Of a DNA stretch of 11,191 nucleotides, positions 1-6,069 are shown one piece after another. Each line of letters begins with the position of its first letter. The first letter of the stretch is position 1. The stretch covers positions 1 to 11,191 of the forward strand of contig JBGQHJ010000158.1 of assembly GCA_041497895.1 (NCBI GenBank), read 5' to 3'. The position numbers were made by a program, and so were the translations under genes. The notes beneath the pieces are model-generated. The model was not told the DNA's origin and ran no database searches. It saw nothing but the letters and a program-made list of their open reading frames with translations. This DNA comes from Candidatus Methylomirabilia bacterium. Its GTDB lineage: Bacteria > Methylomirabilota > Methylomirabilia > Rokubacteriales > CSP1-6.

Positions 1-210
1 CCCCAGCCCCCGCAGCCGCTGCCCCAGCTCCCACGCCGTCAGCGGCGGCTGCAGATTCACCACCGTCAGCGCCGGCCGCCCGTGCGCCTGCACCGCCTGC
101 TCCAGCTCGTGCAGCGACCCCACGAAATGCGGCTCCCACCCACAAATACTCGCAAGCCCGCGGACCGGAGCCGCTAGCTCCATCGTCTCGTCAAGCACCA
201 GGACATTCAC
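1..210 (-). CDS. Atypical response-regulator receiver (REC-like) domain protein, partial (runs off the window end)
   Basis: Manual translation from GTG at 210: MNVLVLDETMELAAPVRGLASICGWEPHFVGSLHELEQAVQAHGRPALTVVNLQPPLTAWELGQRLRGLG. It follows the REC pattern: beta1 'NVLVLDE', beta3 'PALTVVN-LQPP' (cf. PDLVILD-LxMP), alpha3 'WELGQRLR'. GAGGAG SD lies 8 nt upstream (219-224). Not in the ORF track because it is truncated. Confidence 0.72.
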   Translation of the reverse strand, partial: MNVLVLDETMELAAPVRGLASICGWEPHFVGSLHELEQAVQAHGRPALTVVNLQPPLTAWELGQRLRGLG

Positions 211-254
211 TGTTTGCACTCCTCGAAGGAATTGCGCTCCGAACGGGGAATCAC

Positions 255-269
255 GCAACGGGTATGCCA
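255..269 (-). promoter_or_regulatory. sigma54 (RpoN) -24/-12 promoter for the REC-like gene
   Basis: Minus strand reads TGGCATACCCGTTGC, matching TGGCAC(G/A)-N4-TTGC with exact GG-N10-GC spacing. It lies about 45 bp upstream of the start codon. Confidence 0.7.
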
Positions 270-325
270 TCGAAGGACTGCAATGCTGGCATGCACTTAT
301 GTGCAACTGTGAGGGGGTCGAAGCC

Positions 326-344
326 AAAAGCCGGCTGCCGCCGG
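326..344 (-). terminator. Possible weak intrinsic terminator after the PEP-CTERM gene
   Basis: Minus strand reads CCGGC-GGCA-GCCGG followed by CTTTT, starting about 11 nt after the stop codon. The stem is short (5 bp). Confidence 0.4.
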
Positions 345-355
345 TTCCATTTTTG

Positions 356-1090
356 TCACCCCATCCGCTCGGCCTCCTCCCCACGGCGGAGGCGTCTCCA
401 CGCGGCCGCGCCGAGCAGCGCGAGATTCGACCCGACCAGGAGAATCGTCGTCGGCTCCGGCGTGGGCTCGGGCGCGCTCGGATCGCCCGCATCGAACGTC
501 GGCGCGAATCCACTCCGTCCACCGGGACCACCGCCACCCGTGAACGGGCCGAGGTTGCCGGGGATGCCGGAGTAGCCTCCACCACCCCAGCCATTCCCGG
601 AGCCCGTGCTGTCGCCCGAGGTCGGCCCCGCGAGGAACTGCACGGGCGCGGGCGGCGATTCGCCGGTGCCACCGGACTGGCCGCTCGATCGATCCGACCC
701 GTCACCGAGCAGCCCGGTGATCCCGTGGCCGCGTGACAGCGTGTCGTACCGCGGCGGGAGCGACCCGTCGCCCACGCCCATGTCGTCGTCCAGCTGCCCG
801 ATCCGGGTGAGGTTGCCCGGCGCCTTTCGCAACGCCTCCCCGTGCCGCCCGCTCGGGCCGTCGCCCATCAATCCCTCCCACACATCGGCGGGCAGGTGCG
901 CGATCGCCGCGGCGTCACGCGGGTCGCGCGGCGGGCGGGACAGCGCGGCCGCGCCGGGCAACCCGCTCCCGCTTCCGCGCAGCGGCCAGAGATAGAGCGG
1001 CAGCAAGATCAGCAGAAGGATCAGAAGCGCGAGCACGATCCTCCGGCCGCGCCGCGTGGGCACGGACTCGGGGCCCGACGAGAGCCTCAT
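356..1090 (-). CDS. PEP-CTERM sorting-domain protein, Gly/Pro/Ser-rich, with an N-terminal hydrophobic segment
   Basis: C-terminus APEPTPEPTTILLVGSNLALLGAAAWRRLRR gives PEP motif + TM helix + Arg cluster (nt 359-472). N-terminus has RRGRR then IVLALLILLLILLPLYLW. Start set to ATG 1090 (GTG 1063 also possible), because the ORF-track start at 1135 lies upstream of the sigma54 motif. Confidence 0.85.
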   Translation of the reverse strand: MRLSSGPESVPTRRGRRIVLALLILLLILLPLYLWPLRGSGSGLPGAAALSRPPRDPRDAAAIAHLPADVWEGLMGDGPSGRHGEALRKAPGNLTRIGQLDDDMGVGDGSLPPRYDTLSRGHGITGLLGDGSDRSSGQSGGTGESPPAPVQFLAGPTSGDSTGSGNGWGGGGYSGIPGNLGPFTGGGGPGGRSGFAPTFDAGDPSAPEPTPEPTTILLVGSNLALLGAAAWRRLRRGEEAERMG

Positions 1091-1105
1091 GACACAAGGG
1101 ACCAA

Positions 1106-1120
1106 GCGAAGGCCGTGCCA
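1106..1120 (-). promoter_or_regulatory. sigma54 -24/-12 promoter for the PEP-CTERM gene
   Basis: Minus strand reads TGGCACGGCCTTCGC: perfect TGGCACG -24 box, and GC at -12 with exact spacing. sigma54 control of PEP-CTERM genes is known from proteobacterial PrsK/PrsR systems. Confidence 0.75.
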
Positions 1121-1262
1121 CGCGGAGACCGACAAAACCGCCTTTTACTTTCACTACTTGTCTTGACGGTCCTGGATAGCGGCAGCAATTGCGTGGGAGC
1201 GGCCTACGAGGGTCAGGCGACGCGCGGTCTCAGTCAGGGAACCCGGGTACCCACCGCCACGG

Positions 1263-1292
1263 TTGCACTCGCGCGCCCGCGCGCCCTAGGAT
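1263..1292 (+). promoter_or_regulatory. sigma70-type promoter, probably giving a leaderless mRNA for the enolase-superfamily gene
   Basis: TTGCAC-N18-TAGGAT, then 6 nt, then ATG (1299). No convincing SD. Confidence 0.55.
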
Positions 1293-1298
1293 GCGGCC

Positions 1299-2373
1299 AT
1301 GAAAATCACCGCCGTGGACACCGCCATCCTGCGCATTCCGACCCGCAAACCGATCGCGCTCGACTTTCCCTACCACAGCCTCGTGGTCGCGCACGTCCGC
1401 ACCGACGAAGGCGTCACCGGGCTCGGCTACACGCTCGCGTTCGGCGGCGGCGGCGTGGAGTCCATCCAGGTCTACCTCGCGACGCGGCTCGCGCCCTTGC
1501 TCATCGGTCAGGATCCGACGCTCGTGGAGCGACTGTGGGAGCTGATGTATCGCACCGACCGCGGCATCAAGCGGCAGGGCGTCGCCGCGTACGCGCTGAG
1601 CGCGCTCGACATCGCGCTGTGGGACATCGTGGGAAAGGCCGCCGGCTTGCCCCTCTTCAAGCTGTGGGGCGCGGTGACGGACCGCGTCGCGGCCTACGGC
1701 AGCGGGGGCTGGCCGAGCTACGCGCTCGAGGACCTGATCGGCGAGGCGCAGGCCTACGTCGCGCGCGGCTGCCGCTACTACAAGATGAAGATTCACCATC
1801 CCGATCCGCGTGTGAACCGCGCCCGCGTGGAGGCGGTGAAGAAGGCGGTGGGCGACGGCGTTCGCCTGATGGTCGACGTGAACCAGAAGCTCGACGTGCT
1901 CGGCAACATCCGGCAGGCGCGCCTGCTCGCCGATCTCGACCTGGTCTGGTACGAGGAGCCGGTCCTGGCCGACGACCTGGCCGCCTGCGCGGAGGTGGCG
2001 GCCCGGATCGACATCCCGGTCGCCACCGGAGAGAACAACTACACGCGCTTCGAGTTCCGCGACCTCATCGAGCGGCGCGCGGCCCGCTATCTGATGCCCG
2101 ATGTCTGCCGGGCCAACGGCTTCAGCGAGACGCTCAAGATCGGGCGGCTCGCCGCCGCCCACCAGATCGCGGTCTCGCCGCACGTGGTGCACGAGCTGTC
2201 GCTGCAGGTGGCGGGCGCGCTGGGCAACGGCTTCCTGGTGGAGTGGATCGACTGGGTGCCCGAGGACCTCTTCGCCCAGATGCCGATCATGGACCGCGGC
2301 GATTTCCTGATCCCGGCCCGGCCACGGCATAGCCCTGGCCCCGGGCGCGGAGCGGAAGTACCGGGCCGACTGA
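1299..2373 (+). CDS. Mandelate racemase/muconate lactonizing enzyme family protein (enolase superfamily, MR subgroup), frameshifted near the 3' end
   Basis: Motifs: SALDIALWDIVGK, KxK (YYKMKI), metal ligands MVDVN / WYEEP / TGEN, and His-Asp dyad LMPD...SPH. The family-typical tail PGHGIALAPGAERKYRAD* is in the +1 frame after about 2320 and ends at TGA 2371-2373. The uncorrected ORF reads on to 2576, into the convergent gene. Confidence 0.9.
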
Positions 2374-2386
2374 CGACCGCGCTCGG

Positions 2387-3319
2387 TCAGAACACCGCGA
2401 GGGGGTTGGCGGGGGACCCGGTCCCGCCCACCACCACGAGCGGCGCGACGATCAGCATGAACTCGTCGCGGTTCTCCTCCCCGCAAGCGCGGGCGAGCGG
2501 CTCGAGGAGCGCGTTGTCCACCAGCGCCACTCCGTACGCGAAGAGCGCGGCGTGGACCGCCCAGGGGATGTCGTAGCCCACCGGCAGGTGGTCCAGCATG
2601 TCCCAGACCAGCACGCTCACGTCGTGGTCCCGCAGGAACTCGAGGCAGGAGACGTGCAGCCCGGGTCGCTCGTTGGGCCCGATCCCGAAGGGTCGCCCGT
2701 AGGGCCGCTCCGGGTTCGCGGCCTGCCAGGCCTCGCGGCCCGAGTACACGCAGACCGCGTCGCCCGCCTCGAGGCGCAGCCCGCGCGCCCGCGCAATGTC
2801 CTCGAGCTCCCAGCCGTGCACCGGTCGCTGCTCGGTCACCGACGCGGTGCCGCGGTGGCGCGGCACGTCCAGCATCACCGCCCGCGTGATAATGCCTTCC
2901 GACCAGTGCTCGACGGAGCCGAACGTCGCCCCGTCGAACGTGATCTCCTTCTTCGGGTCGCGCCCGTTCCACATCGCGTGCTCGTCCCAGGTGTGGCAGA
3001 GCGCGTCGAGGTGGGTGGACGCGACGCCATGATAGAAGATGCCGTAGTAGTCGGCGGCGAAGCCGCCCTTGCCCCGCGGCAACGTGCGCATGTAGTGATG
3101 CGCGGGCAGCGCGTTGTTGAGACCGGGCTCCTTGGGGAACGGGCGGCTCAGCGAGACGCTTCGCCCGCTGCGCACGAGGCGCGCCGCGGCGGCCCGCTTG
3201 GCCGGCGTGATCAGGTTGATCGCGCCGAGCTGGTCGTCCTTCCCCCATCGTCCCCAGTTGCGGCGGTCGTGGATCAGCGCGCGGACTTCCTGTTCGGTCG
3301 GTAGTGGACGCTCGGGCAT
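2387..3319 (-). CDS. Cyclase family (kynurenine formamidase-like) metal-dependent hydrolase
   Basis: NWGRWGxDDQLGAIN N-terminal motif, HGVASTHLDALCH (HxxxTHxDxxxH) metal site, GIITRAVMLD, and C-terminal GGTGSPANPLAVF. GGAGG SD upstream. Confidence 0.9.
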   Translation of the reverse strand: MPERPLPTEQEVRALIHDRRNWGRWGKDDQLGAINLITPAKRAAAARLVRSGRSVSLSRPFPKEPGLNNALPAHHYMRTLPRGKGGFAADYYGIFYHGVASTHLDALCHTWDEHAMWNGRDPKKEITFDGATFGSVEHWSEGIITRAVMLDVPRHRGTASVTEQRPVHGWELEDIARARGLRLEAGDAVCVYSGREAWQAANPERPYGRPFGIGPNERPGLHVSCLEFLRDHDVSVLVWDMLDHLPVGYDIPWAVHAALFAYGVALVDNALLEPLARACGEENRDEFMLIVAPLVVVGGTGSPANPLAVF

Positions 3320-3339
3320 GTGGGTCCTCCGGAAGCGGG

Positions 3340-3368
3340 ACTTTACGCCGGGTGCCCGGCCCGCGCAA
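3340..3368 (-). promoter_or_regulatory. sigma70-type promoter for the cyclase gene
   Basis: Minus strand reads TTGCGC-N17-TAAAGT, followed by a short leader carrying GGAGG. Confidence 0.55.
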
Positions 3369-3602
3369 GGGATTGACGCGAAGCGTTAGCGCGGTTGACT
3401 CGATAGGGCGCGTATGGCATGTTTGCGACCCCGTGCTTCCCTATCCGGAGCCGGGGTCGGCGGTGGCGCTTCGGTGGGCCGGCCGGGAGGTGGCCGTGAG
3501 CGGCCACGTTGGGTAGGGAATTATCCAGTAGTGTCGGGTGCTTCACTATGCAAGGTCCGCGCGGTTGACCGTAACTCACCGGGTTCGTTTGACTTCGGCG
3601 AC

Positions 3603-3617
3603 TGGTACGGCGCTTGC
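3603..3617 (+). promoter_or_regulatory. sigma54 -24/-12 promoter for the TAXI operon
   Basis: TGGTACGGCGCTTGC with exact GG-N10-GC spacing, about 45 bp upstream of GTG 3663. GAGGAG SD at 3650-3655. Confidence 0.72.
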
Positions 3618-3662
3618 CCCTGTGACGCGGTGGGGGAAACTCTCGCCTAGAGGAGAACACCA

Positions 3663-4661
3663 GTGACGAAGTTCATCATTCATTGTTCCGTCGCCATCCT
3701 CCTGATCCTGCTCGCGGCCAGCCTGTGTCCGGCGGCGGAGGACATGGGGCTCATCACGGGCAGCGACAAGGGCACGTACTACCAGTTCGGTCTCGATCTC
3801 CAGAGGCTGACCAAGCCCACCGGCGTGAACCTGACGGTCCACACGTCGAAGGGCTCGATCGAGAACGTCTTCGCCGTCTACCAGCGCCCGGGCGTCCAGA
3901 TGGGCATCGTGCAGTCGGACGTGCTCGCCTTCGTGGCTCGCGTGCAGTCGGATCCGACCCTGCTGCGCATCGCGAAGAAGACGCGGATGGTCTTCCCGCT
4001 CTACAACGAAGAAGTGCACGTGCTCGGCCGCAAGGGCATCCGCGACTTCGACGATCTCGCGGGCAAGCGGGTGGCCATCGGCCGTGACGGCAGCGGCACC
4101 TACCTGACCGCGCGCCTCCTCTTCAAGCTGTCCGAGGTGGCGCCCAGCGAGATGGTGCCGATCGACACCGGCGAAGCGCTCGCCGAGCTCAAGGCCGGGC
4201 GCGTGGACGCGATGTTCTACGTGGCCGGCTATCCGGTCAAGCTCATGAAGGACGACGTGACCGAGAAGGACGGGCTCGAGCTGATCCCGATCACCAACAA
4301 GAGCATCACCGAGTTCTACCCGCGCGCCGAGATCCCGGCCAACGTGTACGAGTGGCAGCGGACGCCGGTCAACACCGTGGCGGTCAAGGCGGTGCTGGTC
4401 TCCTTCGACTTCCGCCGAAAGGACTGCGACAACGTCGGCCGCTTCGCCCAGACCATATCGCGGCAGATGAGCTGGCTGCTGCAGAACGGCCATCCGAAGT
4501 GGAAGGCCGTCGACCTCAACTATCCACTCAAGGGCTGGGAGCAGTACGACTGCGTGCGGAAGTACATCGGCACCGCCGCGGCGGGCGCCGCCGCGCCGGC
4601 CAAGACCGGGCAGAACGAGAATCCGGTCTTCAACGCCATCAAGGGGCTCCTCGACGAGTAG
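3663..4661 (+). CDS. TAXI family TRAP-type solute-binding protein
   Basis: Signal peptide, then TGSDKGTYYQFG, TSKGSIEN, MGIVQSD, PLYNEEVHV and DLAGKRVAIG..GSGT motifs typical of TAXI receptors. Strong SD. Confidence 0.9.
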   Translation: MTKFIIHCSVAILLILLAASLCPAAEDMGLITGSDKGTYYQFGLDLQRLTKPTGVNLTVHTSKGSIENVFAVYQRPGVQMGIVQSDVLAFVARVQSDPTLLRIAKKTRMVFPLYNEEVHVLGRKGIRDFDDLAGKRVAIGRDGSGTYLTARLLFKLSEVAPSEMVPIDTGEALAELKAGRVDAMFYVAGYPVKLMKDDVTEKDGLELIPITNKSITEFYPRAEIPANVYEWQRTPVNTVAVKAVLVSFDFRRKDCDNVGRFAQTISRQMSWLLQNGHPKWKAVDLNYPLKGWEQYDCVRKYIGTAAAGAAAPAKTGQNENPVFNAIKGLLDE

Positions 4662-4665
4662 ACAC

Positions 4666-5490
4666 GTGGCACCAGGAAGCAACCGACTGCTCTCGCTCGC
4701 GGCCATCGTCGGGAGTCTCACGCTCCTGGCGGTGGTCATCTTCATGCTCTGGCCCCCCGACCCATCGGACACCGCGGGACTGGACCAGACCGACGGCGAG
4801 ACGGTCGGCTGGGTCTCGAAGGTCGAGGCCAACACCATCCACGTCAACTCGGGTCCCTTCGGAGGCGGCGTGGTGCCACTCCTCGTGACCAAGAACACCA
4901 AGATCACCGTCGGCTCCAAGGAGGGCTGGTTCGAGGACATTCGACCGGGCGGCCAGGTCAAGGTCGTCTACCAGATCGCCCACGGCAAGCGGCTCGCCCG
5001 TACCGTGGAGCTGCTGGTGGACGAAGGGCCGCGCCGCCCGGTCCGCCCGGAACCACGCGTGAAGAGCGTGGCCGGGGGCACGACGGCCGAGCGAGTGCCG
5101 ACCAAGGCCCTCGCGGATAGCCCGCCGGCTGCCGAGCCCCGGGCGCCCGAGACGTTGCCGGCAAGGCCGCCGGTTGCCGCCGCCGCGCCGCCGGCCAGCC
5201 CGCAGGCCAAGCCGGCGCTTTCCGTGTCACCCGAGGTGCGCCCCGCCGCTCGACCCGAGCCGGCGCGCGCCCAGGCCACGGAGCCGGCGTCTCCGCGAGC
5301 CTCGTCGACCAATGGACGCGGGACAGCTCCGGCCGACAAGGGCGGCCGGACGCCGGATGCCACGCCGCCGCAGCCGGCCCCCCAGTCGACACCGGTCGCG
5401 GGACGCCCCGCCGAGCCACCCCGCGCCGCCGAGGGCGAGAGCGCCGACGGCGCCGCCGCGGTGGACTGGCTCCTGAAGGGCCGCCGCTAG
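4666..5490 (+). CDS. Hypothetical single-pass membrane protein: N-terminal TM, small beta-rich (OB-fold/DUF5666-like) domain, long Pro/Ala-rich linker, C-terminal DWLL helix
   Basis: TM segment LLSLAAIVGSLTLLAVVIFMLW. 'GWVSKVEANTIHV...VTKNTKITVG...DIRPGGQVKVVY' resembles short OB-like barrels. Starts 4 nt after the TAXI stop and has high-GC3 codons. Confidence 0.75.
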   Translation: MAPGSNRLLSLAAIVGSLTLLAVVIFMLWPPDPSDTAGLDQTDGETVGWVSKVEANTIHVNSGPFGGGVVPLLVTKNTKITVGSKEGWFEDIRPGGQVKVVYQIAHGKRLARTVELLVDEGPRRPVRPEPRVKSVAGGTTAERVPTKALADSPPAAEPRAPETLPARPPVAAAAPPASPQAKPALSVSPEVRPAARPEPARAQATEPASPRASSTNGRGTAPADKGGRTPDATPPQPAPQSTPVAGRPAEPPRAAEGESADGAAAVDWLLKGRR

Positions 5491-5526
5491 TTCCACGCCG
5501 CGCGCCTCTCGCGCGGGGCCGGGGCA

Positions 5527-5535
5527 TGCTACGGT
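5527..5535 (+). promoter_or_regulatory. Extended -10 element, probable leaderless start of the GAF gene
   Basis: TG-C-TACGGT, then 7 nt, then ATG (5543). No SD. Confidence 0.45.
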
Positions 5536-5542
5536 GCATGGC

Positions 5543-6046
5543 ATGAGCCGGCGATCACCCGTCGACGCCCTGCCCCACCTGGTCGCAGTCGCGGCGGCGG
5601 TGCGCACGCCGCATCAGCCCGACGCGGCCCTCCGGGCGCTCGACGCCGCGACGGGCGCCACCCTCGGCCACAAGCTCTTCACGTGCCTGCTCCATCATCC
5701 GGAGGCGCGCGAATCGGAGCGGCGCTACACGAATCAGCCCGCGAGCTACCCGGTGGGGGGACGCAAGCCGGTGCTGCCGACCCCGTGGACACGGCGACTC
5801 TTCGAGGAGCAGCAGCCGTACATCGGCTACACCGCGGACGACATCCGCGAGGTCTTCTTCGACCACGCGCTGATCGCCTCGCTCGGCTGCGCGGCGGTGC
5901 TCAACCTGCCGGTGGTGCACGACGGCCGGACGCTCGGCGTCATTAACCTGCTGCACGAGGCGCGCTGGTACGGAGACGACGACGTGCCCCTCGGCCAGGT
6001 CTTCGCGGCCCTCGCGGTCCCCGCCTTCCTGCTCCTCTCCCGCTGA
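5543..6046 (+). CDS. Stand-alone GAF domain protein
   Basis: GHKLFT...YPVGGRKP...FFDHALIASLGCAAVLNLPVVHDGRTLGVINLL, with the typical GAF C-terminal strands. ATG 5543 is preferred over GTG 5534 because of the -10 box position. Confidence 0.85.
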   Translation: MSRRSPVDALPHLVAVAAAVRTPHQPDAALRALDAATGATLGHKLFTCLLHHPEARESERRYTNQPASYPVGGRKPVLPTPWTRRLFEEQQPYIGYTADDIREVFFDHALIASLGCAAVLNLPVVHDGRTLGVINLLHEARWYGDDDVPLGQVFAALAVPAFLLLSR

Positions 6047-6069
6047 CCGGGAGGGCCGGCCCCGCCGGC

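Noticed and set aside
287..301. Plus-strand TGGCATGCACTTATG as a sigma54 promoter
   Set aside because: There is no GC at the -12 position and no credible plus-strand gene downstream.
1041..1063. Tat signal in the PEP-CTERM protein (TRRGRR)
   Set aside because: It lacks the S/T-R-R-x-F-L-K consensus, and the h-region is too hydrophobic. It is better read as a positive-inside cluster.
3415..3426. TGGCATGTTTGC as a fourth sigma54 promoter
   Set aside because: The GG-to-GC spacing is 3 nt too short, and sigma54 spacing is strict.
3343..3660. Small ORFs in the cyclase-TAXI intergenic region (3343-3660 -, 3414-3650 +, 3304-3516 +)
   Set aside because: They have no convincing SD, no family motifs and non-coding-like codon usage, and they overlap predicted promoters.
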